A stretch of DNA of 64,000 nt, from positions 94,950,297 through 95,014,296 of the forward strand of contig NC_068988.1 in the NCBI RefSeq assembly GCF_001194135.2. Direction: 5' to 3'. Each line of letters starts with the position of its first letter. Position 1 is the first letter of the stretch. The notes under the pieces were generated by a model that saw nothing but the letters and a program-made list of their open reading frames with translations, was not told the origin of the DNA and made no database searches. The stretch is from Octopus bimaculoides (Eukaryota). A program made the translations under genes and the position numbers. This document shows, piece by piece, positions 39,455 to 50,859 of the stretch.

Positions 39455-39670
39455 TATTTATCTTTTATCTTCTAGCATTAGAGTGCGGCTATGCTGGGGC
39501 ACCACCTTAAATTGTTTTTAGTCGAACGAATCGACCCCAGTACTTTTTTAAGCCAGAGCAGCGTGAAATAACGTGCTTTCCTCAAGAACACAACGCAACG
39601 CCCGGCCTGGCAATCGAACCCACGATCTTGCTATTCTGAGTGCAACACCGTAACCGCTAAGTCATGTTAG
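39455..39670 (-). mobile_element. Adjacent SINE B tail and SINE C head fragments
   Basis: gtgcggctatgctggggcacc..tcgaccccag then gcaatcgaacccacga..taaccgctaag. Confidence 0.7.
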
Positions 39671-40937
39671 CATCAAAGTTTCCGAGGTTTAATCCTAAAT
39701 ATCAATGAAATACTCAGGAGTCACGTTTTAACTTTGTAGAATTGGTGTTTATTATATAATAATAGACACAAATATTAAACACGTTACGGAATCCAGATAT
39801 ATTTTAATACATGTCTGTTTCAGTTCCATATATATGACGAAATAATTAATTCGCAATTTTCAAAATGCAATTATAATTCATAAATTCGTAATTTGACTGA
39901 GTTGGATATGGAAACAATTGTAGGCAAATCTAAATTGACAATAGATTAATAAACTGATGTTATCTGTTAAAACTTTCCATTTTCATCNNNNNNNNNNNNN
40001 NNNNNNNNNNNNNNNNNNNNNNNNNNNNNNNNNNNNNNNNNNNNNNNNNNNNNNNNNNNNNNNNNNNNNNNNNNNNNNNNNNNNNNNNNNNNNNNNNNNN
40101 NNNNNNNNNNNNNNNNNNNNNNNNNNNNNNNNNNNNNNNNNNNNNNNNNNNNNNNNNNNNNNNNNNNNNNNNNNNNNNNNNNNNNNNNNNNNNNNNNNNN
40201 NNNNNNNNNNNNNNNNNNNNNNNNNNNNNNNNNNNNNNNNNNNNNNNNNNNNNNNNNNNNNNNNNNNNNNNNNNNNNNNNNNNNNNNNNNNNNNNNNNNN
40301 NNNNNNNNNNNNNNNNNNNNNNNNNNNNNNNNNNNNNNNNNNNNNNNNNNNNNNNNNNNNNNNNNNNNNNNNNNNNNNNNNNNNNNNNNNNNNNNNNNNN
40401 NNNNNNNNNNNNNNNNNNNNNNNNNNNNNNNNNNNNNNNNNNNNNNNNNNNNNNNNNNNNNNNNNNNNNNNNNNNNNNNNNNNNNNNNNNNNNNNNNNNN
40501 NNNNNNNNNNNNNNNNNNNNNNNNNNNNNNNNNNNNNNNNNNNNNNNNNNNNNNNNNNNNNNNNNNNNNNNNNNNNNNNNNNNNNNNNNNNNNNNNNNNN
40601 NNNNNNNNNNNNNNNNNNNNNNNNNNNNNNNNNNNNNNNNNNNNNNNNNNNNNNNNNNNNNNNNNNNNNNNNNNNNNNNNNNNNNNNNNNNNNNNNNNNN
40701 NNNNNNNNNNNNNNNNNNNNNNNNNNNNNNNNNNNNNNNNNNNNNNNNNNNNNNNNNNNNNNNNNNNNNNNNNNNNNNNNNNNNNNNNNNNNNNNNNNNN
40801 NNNNNNNNNNNNNNNNNNNNNNNNNNNNNNNNNNNNNNNNNNNNNNNNNNNNNNNNNNNNNNNNNNNNNNNNNNNNNNNNNNNNNNNNNNNNNNNNNNNN
40901 NNNNNNNNNNNNNNNNNNNNNNNNNNNNNNNNNNNNN

Positions 40938-40980
<43 letters not shown>

Positions 40981-41116
40981 ATATGTAACGTAACAATTTA
41001 TAAAAAAAACATTGGTTTCATATCTAGCGTGAACTAAACATCTCTTCTGATTTATGATCTTATAACGAAAATATATATGATATATATATATATAAAGAGA
41101 GAGAGAGAGAGAGAGA

Positions 41117-41508
41117 TCACTAAAGGGACAGAGAGTAGACAGTGGTACCAGCCTTGCTAGACATAAGAGTCAAAACAACTCTGCCACAAAAGCACTATCT
41201 TAGTAAGCTAATACAGGGAGCAAAGCTCCCTACGGTTGAACACCAGTTGAAAACATGTGCTGAGATCAAATAGTTATATGTTGACGAGGTGAGGTGATCT
41301 TAACCCTGAAACACTTATGAGAACCACTTATGAGAATTAAGATGCTTTGCCTCAAAATTCGAAATCACGTGAGATGGTTATATTTGCGACCGTAGGGAAA
41401 TTTGTCTCCCTTGTCAGCATACTAAGATAGTGCTTTTGTGGCGAATGAAACATTGTGACTCTTATTTCTAGCAATGCCGGTACCACTTTGTACCTGTCAC
41501 TTTAGTGA
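41117..41508. mobile_element. MITE with about 120-bp terminal inverted repeats
   Basis: 41117-41238 (tcactaaag..gtggtacc..gccacaaaagcactatcttagta..ccctacgg) matches the reverse complement of 41387-41508; no ORF. Confidence 0.85.
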
Positions 41509-41807
41509 CGTCTATAAGTTTGGCTTTAGGTTATTAAATCGCTAATAAGCCACCCACATTATATATATGTATATTTCCTAACAACAACGTCTGAAGGACG
41601 CACAGTGTAATAGCACACCTTTGAAGCAAGTCTAATGAAGTTCCTTTCCAATGTCTAAAACCGCAAATATTACGTGAATTTTCATTAAAAATTTTCGCGT
41701 AAGCTGGCGCTGCAAATAGAGATGCTACGGAAACACATGTAACTTATAATTAAAGATGTGTTAATGAATTTTCCTTATCTTCTTTTCATTGTATGCGTAT
41801 GAATACA

Positions 41808-41839
<32 letters not shown>

Positions 41840-41878
41840 CACAGATGGACACGTAGAGACACAGAAACATATATAAAC

Positions 41879-41909
<31 letters not shown>

Positions 41910-42705
41910 GTTTTTATTATGTTTAACTGTCGTATGTCCGAATTTGGCCAAATGCGTTTCTTTCAATATTTATTTTTGCTTAAAATAGCCGGTTCTTCTG
42001 GTCAAACTATCGTATCTCCAGTTGCTTCAGATGCCAGGTTATCAAAAAATGTAGTACAACAGTTTTGCTATGGAATGGTGAAATTTTTTTTCGGTTTCTC
42101 AAAAAGCAACGTTTTGGACTTTTGCATAATAGCAACGATATACATATGCATTCATATGTATGTCAAGGGGCGTTGCCTTCAGGCAGTGTTGAAGTCCTCA
42201 TTTATATATGCATTTATACGTATGCGTGTGAGTGTGTGTGTGTATCTGATAGTGTGTGTATGTATGTGTGTCTGTGTGTCTGTGTCAGTGTGTGTGTGCA
42301 TGTGTGCGTGCGTGTGTGTAGAAATTGATATTTATGTGTATAACCTTAGGTTACATAACTTATCTGCCCATGCTTCCGATACTACGTTATGGCAAGTTAC
42401 AGATTCCGTATGCATACGTGTGTGTAGTCTTTGCTTCAACCGTAATGATGACATTTGTACAAACTATACACGAGCTGCTCATTTTTTCACTTATCCATAA
42501 CAATTCTTATATTGATTTACGTTTATTATTATATTATCTTTTGTATTATTTTTATTTATATATTTATTCATTTTCCCCTCTTTTACCCACATGTTTTCCT
42601 TTTCCGGCCTCTTCTACTTCATTTTCCCTTCCTCTCCTCCCCTCAGGATCATCTTATATCTTTTGTCTTGTTGCTGTTGTTTTTCTTAATCTTCTTTTCC
42701 TCTCC

Positions 42706-42782
<77 letters not shown>

Positions 42783-43149
42783 TGGGGTCGATGTAATAGA
42801 CTGTCCCCCACACACACAATTTCCAGGCCTTGTGTCTATAGTAGGAAGGACTATTTTTATTATTGTTGCTGTTGCTGTTGTTGTTGTTGTCGCTATTAGT
42901 ACTCATAAACACTCAACAGATTAGAATGTTGGAAAAGAAAAGAATCCTAACATTGGGCTACAAGTAACCTTAGATGCCAAGAACCCTACTAAGTATCATA
43001 GCTGTCCCTAATAACACTGTTTGCTGAAACTGTACTAAACTGGGTTTTATGCCAATTTCCTCAATCCATCTGTTCAAATCTTTAGGGATAGTTCCCAATG
43101 CACCTATAACTACTGGGTTACATTTTAACCGCACTTACTATAGTCTCTA

Positions 43150-43212
<63 letters not shown>

Positions 43213-43232
43213 TACTGCTACTACAACTGATG

Positions 43233-43301
<69 letters not shown>

Positions 43302-43544
43302 TTGTTGTTGTCTTGTTCTTCTCGTTCTTGTTAATATTATTATGAATCGCTTTTTTCTATACTTCTATTTATTTAATTACTAAAAATATTTCGCATTTGC
43401 ATTTTTTGTTATTCAGCTACAATATTTGTTTTACTTAGCGCGTCGTACAAAATGTCTTCAGCGTTTTTTCTTCTTTTTTTTTCTCTTTTGGTCGACATCT
43501 ATCCTTACGGGATCGATAATGTTTGCCTCTCAAATCCTCTTTCA

Positions 43545-43817
43545 TGGGGCCGAAGAGATGATAGTCCAGTGACGAGGAAATGAAAACTGTAGTGAAGAAG
43601 TGGCTCAAAGAACAGTCAACAGAATTTTACGGGGCAGAGATACATGCTCTCATTCGAAGGTGGAACATTGCTATTGAGAGAAATGGTGAATATGTTGAGA
43701 AGTAGGGATGTGATCCACAGAGGACCAGCTTCATTTTGATGTATGATACATGTTCCTGTGTTGGTAATTATACCTGTCCTAAACAAAATGGCATTACATT
43801 TTGACTCACCTTCGTAC
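43545..43817 (+). mobile_element. Mariner transposase 3' end with right TIR
   Basis: SDEEMKTVVKKWLKEQSTEFY..IHALIRRWNIAIERNGEYVEK* then ttttgactcaccttcgTA. Confidence 0.85.
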
Positions 43818-44227
43818 ATAATGAGGAAAAGAAGAAAATGAAGAATTATGGATGTTTGAATAATTTATTTGCATTTAAATAAATTATTCAAACATCCATA
43901 ATTCTCCATTTTCTTCCTTTCATTATTATTAACAATATGTATTACTATAATAANNNNNNNNNNNNNNNNNNNNNNNNNNNNNNNNNNNNNNNNNNNNNNN
44001 NNNNNNNNNNNNNNNNNNNNNNNNNNNNNNNNNNNNNNNNNNNNNNNNNNNNNNNNNNNNNNNNNNNNNNNNNNNNNNNNNNNNNNNNNNNNNNNNNNNN
44101 NNNNNNNNNNNNNNNNNNNNNNNNNNNNNNNNNNNNNNNNNNNNNNNNNNNNNNNNNNNNNNNNNNNNNNNNNNNNNNNNNNNNNNNNNNNNNTATATAT
44201 ATATATATATATATTCATACATATATG

Positions 44228-44380
44228 CGACAAGATTCTTTCAGTTTCCGTTTACCAAATTCACTCTCAAAGCTTTGGACGAGGCTACCGTAGAAGATAT
44301 TTGCCACGCAATGAAACTGAACCCGGAACCATAAGTTTGAGAAGCAAACATCTTACCACTCAGTCACAGTTGTGCCTATT
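44228..44380 (-). mobile_element. SINE family A with internal deletion
   Basis: ttctttcagtttccgtttaccaaattcactc..actgaacccggaacc. Confidence 0.8.
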
Positions 44381-45076
44381 GTTCTGGATTCTACTAAGGC
44401 TCCCACACGTTTATGTAGTTTGTGCCAACCACACATCTTGTTGCCTTTGTTCTGTTGTCATGGACTGATAAATTCTATTCTTTGAAGTCGTTATTTCCTG
44501 TTTCTGCTGACTGTACAAAGAAGGAAGAATGAGTTGATGGGTTTCAGCCAGAAGCTAGATTAATCGACCTATTTGAGCAGCAGACCTTCACAAGCGCAAT
44601 GACTAAACTATAGAACTAAGAAAAATCATAACCTACAAACCTATATACGCTGACCAAAAGTCTCATATCATTTCAGACCAGCTGCAGCAGAACTGTGTCA
44701 GTGCCCAGGTCGCAGATAGCGTGAGGAAATCCTGGAAATCCTTGGCATTAAACGATTAAAAGAAGTTAATAATTTTTATATTTTATTTTTCAAATTTTAA
44801 TAAGTTTCTGTTATGCTGAAATTGCTTTAGATTCAAAATACGTTTTTAGGTTAAGTCTCTTGCCAGATAAGTACAGGGTTCAATTCTCTATTGTAGCTTG
44901 CGGGCTACCTTTTACCGTTTTCTTAGGATATTTTCCCAATCTTCTAAAATGTTTCCACAGCCATTCTGCGTTCGAGGTTCACTCGGCCCTTCTTAGTTTG
45001 CTTTATAAAACATGCTCTCATGTTTTTCTACGTATTACATTTATGTGCTTACACGTGTATACATATACATACATAA

Positions 45077-45175
<99 letters not shown>

Positions 45176-45229
45176 TAATATAGGATAGAATTTTCAAAAC
45201 CTTTTATCAGTGGCCAGCATATTAAAACA

Positions 45230-45905
45230 TACCTCTTAAGGTGAAAATTATAAACAACTTATAAATTTTCAGTCTGAGAGTGGTCCATAAGTGATTGCAC
45301 AGTACGAAGGTGGTTTCAGAAATTCCGTAGTGGTGATGAGAGCCTTGAAGATGAAGAAAGTAGAGGATGGCCATGCAGTCTTGACAATGAACAATTGAAA
45401 GCAATTGTTGAACAAAACCCACGTCAAAGTGTCAGAGAAATGTCTCGAGCACTTGGTGTCGGTATTGCAACAGTCTCACGCAATCTGCAAAAGATTGGTA
45501 AGGTTAAAAAGTTCGAAGAATGGGTACCGAATGAGCTCGATGAAAATCAAAAAGTTCGGCGTTTTGGTGTGTGCTCGATGCTCTTTCTGCGAAACACAGA
45601 TGATCCTTTTCTTAACCGAATAGTCACTTGTGACGAAATTATCCTTTATGGATCCTTTACAATAACCGTGTGCGATCAGGTCAATAACCGTGTGCGATCA
45701 GGCTTGATCGGGATGAGTCCCCTAAGCATTTCCCAAAGCCACAGTGGCATCTGCAAAAAATTATGGTGACTGTCTGATGGTCTGCGATTGGTGTTGTCCA
45801 TAACAGCTTTCTGGAAACCAATCAGAGTATTACAGCAGAGGTTTACTGCAATCAACTCGCTGAAATGCAAAAAATGAGACTTGCATTGGTGGCCTAATTC
45901 CGCTC
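45230..45905 (+). pseudogene. Decayed mariner (Mos1-like) transposase, N-terminal to central part
   Basis: RRWFQKFRSGDESLEDE..KAIVEQNPRQSVREMS..WVPNEL..FLNRIVTCDE..MVTV*WSAIGVVH; frameshifts; 22-nt tandem duplication at about 45661-45703. Confidence 0.9.
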
Positions 45906-46189
45906 CACGCAGGTCCAAACCAGTATATATGTATATATGTAATGTATGTGTATGATAGCTTAGATATATATATGCCCGTTTATGTTTATATGTATATATA
46001 TATATGTACTCGTAAGTATGTAAACGTCTTTATATGCGTGTATATACATATGCATATATAATATGTATATATATGTTTTGTAGTTATATCTGTATGCATA
46101 TATATGTACGTATGACTCTTGTAGGTAAACATAATTTTCGTCATGTTTTGTAAATATTTTGCATGGGCCATAAATATTTTCGAGTGTTT

Positions 46190-46620
46190 TTCCATGTCTG
46201 GATGTCTATTTACGTCCCCATAACCTAGTGGTTTGTCCAAAGAGACCGATGGAATAAGTATTAGACGTAAAAATATATCCTGGGGTTGAATTCTTTGACA
46301 AAATCATTTCAGAGCCATGCTCCAGCATGGTCGCAGTCAATTGACTGAAACAATTAAAAGAATAAAAGAATGAATGAATGGGGGACTGTGTGTGCGCGCA
46401 CGCGCGCGCCTGTCTTTCTAACTGTGTTTGTCTCACACCACAGCTTGACAACCAGTGTTGGTGTGTTTACGTCCTCGTAACTTAGCGGATCGGCAAAAGT
46501 CGCTGGCTGTAAAAAAGAAATAAGTCCTGGGGTCGTTTCTTTCGACCTAAAACTCTTCAAGGCGGTGCCCCAGCATGGCCGCAGTCTAATGACTGACACA
46601 AGTAAAAAATAAAAAGATTT
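46190..46620 (+). mobile_element. Two tandem SINE family B tails
   Basis: ccagcatggtcgcagtcaattgactgaaac (about 46320) and ccagcatggccgcagtctaatgactgacac (about 46570). Confidence 0.85.
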
Positions 46621-47045
46621 TTAAAATGTCATATTAATCCATTGAAGTTCTAATTCAACACATTACTGTTTTTGGCACTTTTAATGTTATCTAAATATTT
46701 GTGGAGACCCAGGTAAGAGGAGCACTAAACTGGTCCCTGGTGAAGCCAGGCAAGGATAAGGGGTTACTTACTGACAGACAAGGTTCTTGGTGTTTAATAC
46801 TTCTTACATAACAACAGTCACCATATTCATTATGAATTGTTCCAATCAAAACGACCAACAGTGAATGATCAAAGGAGTTAATGTATAACGTTGAGTTACA
46901 TTGTTATAATGAAGTGGATCATAGCGGAACATGGCGGCTTCTTTAACGGACGCTGGCTTTTGCAAAGTTTTTTAAAAAGACTACTTTAGCTTCATATACT
47001 TACAGGCATACATATATACATACATTTTATATATATGTATATATA

Positions 47046-47456
47046 TATATTTATGTGGAGAATGGAGCAACAAATACAAGAAGAAGCAATTCTGTTGGGC
47101 TAGTTATCCCCTTACAGGAAGACCAACACAACTTCAACTAAAACGTAAGGCTTTCTTTACCTATCGCTATTATTATACCACCATATACATTAATATACCC
47201 ACTAATCACTTCTTCTACATCCCTCACACCACGAACTCTTAACATGCTCCTCAACATTCTGAAGAGATCTGCCAAACCATTGGCTAGATTGAAACGTACG
47301 TAAATGACTATTACATAACATCCACAATGACTCACTACATAACCTCAACCTCCACAATGACTCATTACATAACCTCCACATAATAAAACAACGGCTAACT
47401 AGCCCAACAGAATTGCTTCTTCTTGTATTTGTTGCTCCATTCTCCACATAAATATA
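47046..47456. repeat. Perfect 61-bp inverted repeat pair (47046-47106 / 47396-47456)
   Basis: Base-by-base reverse-complement identity read directly. Confidence 0.95.
47255..47306 (+). ncRNA. Minimal type I hammerhead ribozyme with intact catalytic core
   Basis: Stem I CATT/AATG; CTGAAGA 47259-47265; 10-bp stem II GATCT-GCCAA-acca-TTGGC-t-AGATT; GAAA 47291-47294; palindromic ACGTACGT stem III; GTA cleavage site after 47302. Confidence 0.8.
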
Positions 47457-48219
47457 ATTATAAACTACGGTTTAAACAATAAATTACCTGCCTCTGGATG
47501 CCCTCTACCCAAGACGGTACCCGTACAGGTGATTCCCAGGAGTGCCTCCGGATTTAAACATCCCCTGGTTGCTTGGATGCTTCAGACNNNNNNNNNNNNN
47601 NNNNNNNNNNNNNNNNNNNNNNNNNNNNNNNNNNNNNNNNNNNNNNNNNNNNNNNNNNNNNNNNNNNNNNNNNNNNNNNNNNNNNNNNNNNNNNNNNNNN
47701 NNNNNNNNNNNNNNNNNNNNNNNNNNNNNNNNNNNNNNNNNNNNNNNNNNNNNNNNNNNNNNNNNNNNNNNNNNNNNNNNNNNNNNNNNNNNNNNNNNNN
47801 NNNNNNNNNNNNNNNNNNNNNNNNNNNNNNNNNNNNNNNNNNNNNNNNNNNNNNNNNNNNNNNNNNNNNNNNNNNNNNNNNNNNNNNNNNNNNNNNNNNN
47901 NNNNNNNNNNNNNNNNNNNNNNNNNNNNNNNNNNNNNNNNNNNNNNNNNNNNNNNNNNNNNNNNNNNNNNNNNNNNNNNNNNNNNNNNNNNNNNNNTATA
48001 TATATATATATATATATAATGTACATATCAATCTATATAGTTTGTTTTACTTTAGCCTTTTATTATCCCTCATCGATTATGCCAAACATTTTAGAATTGC
48101 ACATCTATATTTTGTAATCCGATAAATTGTTCGGGACGGTCACTTTGTCAATAAACACACGCACTATTTACGTATTTGATCTCCATTTTAGTTTTGTTAT
48201 TATTATTATCGGTTTATTT

Positions 48220-48262
48220 GGCAGAGGTCTCTCGTCACACATTCTGTGACCTCTTCAATGAC
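48220..48262 (-). ncRNA. Decayed hammerhead motif (PLE-type repeat family, copy 2)
   Basis: Minus: GTCA tTGAAGA gGTCACagaatgtGTGAC GAgA gacc TC TGcC. Confidence 0.5.
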
Positions 48263-48637
48263 TTTCTGTTCTTCTTGTCTCCTTTTCTCTCTGGTATTGT
48301 CCTGTATATTTAATTATATAACATTTTCCCCACTCATTCACACACATGTATGTGTATATCTATATATTAGAGCGGTTTTGCATATATATATATATGAGAT
48401 TAAAATATATGCAAACTGATACAGATGCAATGTATATATATACGTGTGGGTATGTGTATGTATGTATACAAAGAAAGAGAGAGATACAAACTCTTATAAG
48501 TATATACAAGCACATATATGTTGGTGCGTATATATATATGTATATATGCATATAGATACGTATGTGTGTTTAAGTGTATGTGCATATAAAACTGATTACA
48601 CATACATGTGTATAAATATGTGAATATATTCTGTATA

Positions 48638-49050
48638 CTTTTACACTTTTACACTTTTACTTGTTTCAGTCATTTGACTGCGGCCATGCTGGAGCACCGC
48701 CTTTAGTCGAGCAAATCGACCCCGGGACTTATTCTTTGTAAGCCTAGTACTTATTCTATCGGTCTCTTTTTGCCGAACCGCTAAGTTACGGGGACATAAA
48801 CACACCAGCATCGGTTGTCAAGCAATGCTAGGAGGACAAACACAGACACACAAACACACACACACATATATATATATACATATATACGACGGGCTTCTTT
48901 CAGTTTCCGTCTACCAAATCCACTCACAAGGCTTTGGTCGGCCCGAGGCTATAGTAGAAGACACTTGCCCAAGGTGCCACGCAGTGGGACTGAACCCGGA
49001 ACCATGTGGTTGGTAAGCAAGCTACTTACCACACAGCCACTCCTGCGCCT
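48638..49050 (-). mobile_element. Apparently full-length tRNA-derived SINE (A head + microsatellite linker + B tail)
   Basis: A-box 49029-49039, B-box 48986-48997, core, TA/TG linker about 48845-48885, tail ending in (GTAAAAGT)n. Confidence 0.9.
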
Positions 49051-49178
49051 ATGTATACATTTTGTTTGTGTCTGTGTGTATGTCTGTCTCTGTGTGTCTG
49101 TCTCTGTGTGTATCTGTTTGTGTGTGTATGTTTGTGTGTATGTGTATTATTTATATAATATACCCAAAAAAAGGTGGT

Positions 49179-49538
49179 ATGAGAGATGAATATATTTATG
49201 TAACCGCTTGTCATCCTTAGGATCACAGCCGTTTCGCACTCTTCTTCATATAATAATAACTTCAATCTATGATAAATTATGTTCACATGCTTGCACTAAT
49301 ATGCATGCGACGTATGTTCTGGTGATTTGATGCGCTGGTGATCTGATAAGCTAGCATTCTTTATCTGCATTGATTTGTGAATATACAAATCACATTGTAT
49401 AATATGTAGCATACGTATTAGTGGAAACATCTAAACATAATTTATTATACAATGAAATTTTTATTACATGAAATAGGCTACGAAACGGCCGTAATCCTAA
49501 GGATGACAATTGGGTAAATAGATATATTCATCTCTCAT
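49179..49538. mobile_element. Degenerate foldback/palindromic element, arms about 150 bp
   Basis: atgagagatgaatata..ttgtcatccttaggat..gccgtttcg..ataaattatgtt..cactaata matches the reverse complement of 49385-49538. Confidence 0.85.
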
Positions 49539-49935
49539 GCTTTCTGACATTTTGTGGTTTATAAACTCCTCATGAAATATTTTCATCCATCGGATCTCCT
49601 GGATTAAAGTTACATAGAACTCTGCACTCTATCCCTCTGTGTTGGATTACGATATGGTCTGTAAACCGAACCCGCTAGGGAAGTTTACTGTAATAGCCAC
49701 ACAAGTTTTCTGTAATAGCCTGGACAACGTCTTTAATGTATGAAACTTTAGTAACTCATAACTATATATTGTGTTCATTAAATAATATTCATCTCTCACC
49801 AGATGGAGTACCTTTTTATTGATCTTAACTTAACGGAAAGCTATATTGTACATACATAGATATATATACATCACACATACATACATGCATATATTTGTGT
49901 ATGTGCTTGTATGTATATGTATATCCATCTATATA

Positions 49936-49980
<45 letters not shown>

Positions 49981-50026
49981 ACATAGGTGTATGTATGTAC
50001 ATGTATGTATATCTATNNNNNNNNNN

Positions 50027-50079
<53 letters not shown>

Positions 50080-50724
50080 GAGTGAGAGAGTGAGAGAGAG
50101 AAAGAGTGAGAGTAAGAGAGAGAGAGAAAGAGTGAGAGTGAGAGAGTGAAAGAGAATGAGAGAGGTACTATCTGCAAAGTTCTTTCTTCAATAAACGCTA
50201 CAGCTGATAGTTAATATTTCCTTCCGTGATTACAAGATGAAACGTGTATCTGCAACTGAAGTGTCAGCTTGTCTTTTTATTTTTGTTTACTAAATCTACT
50301 TTGATCCGATCAAAGCTGCCTTAATCCCATGTATATATATTTAAGACGTTTAGTTCTATCAATTGTTAGAGCTTCGGTTCAAAATACGTTCCTATATTTG
50401 ACCCGGCTCTTTAAGCAACAAGTTCAAATCCATTCGGAATTGATAACCCAAAGCCCCAGGCTCGCTGTCTTCTCCACTTGTTCTGTCGTGGTGGTTCCAC
50501 TGTGATCTGGAGAACATGCTGTGTGCATACGCGACGATATGTTTCATAAAAGCGTTGGCGAAAGTATTCGCCTGTTTCTTCCCTAAGCATCTATGTATGT
50601 CCGTATGTGTGTAGAGGATGAGTGTGCAGCATTGTGTGTCTCCCTGTGTGTTCCTATGAGACCTCATGTATGCCTGCGTCTGCGTGTCATTGCGAACGAG
50701 TGTACCTGTTTGCGTTCACCTCAG

Positions 50725-50764
<40 letters not shown>

Positions 50765-50859
50765 ATATTAGATCTGGTTCTAATGGAGGAAAATGTATTT
50801 TGATTCATATTCTTCATGTAAATCCAAATTGTATCCAATGATATCAGGCCATCTACCAT

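Noticed and set aside
43430-43470. Minus-strand CTGAAGA-cattttgtac-GACGCG hammerhead-like relic
   Set aside because: Needs two deletions to restore stem II and GAAA; too degenerate
43545-45905. Joining the two mariner fragments into one element
   Set aside because: The 3' end with TIR lies upstream of the 5' part in the same orientation, so they are separate insertions
47138-47447. APE-endonuclease-like reading (ESLW.., VIVIY..) on the minus strand
   Set aside because: ESLW comes from a tandem duplication and GDFN is absent; the plus-strand hammerhead explains the region better
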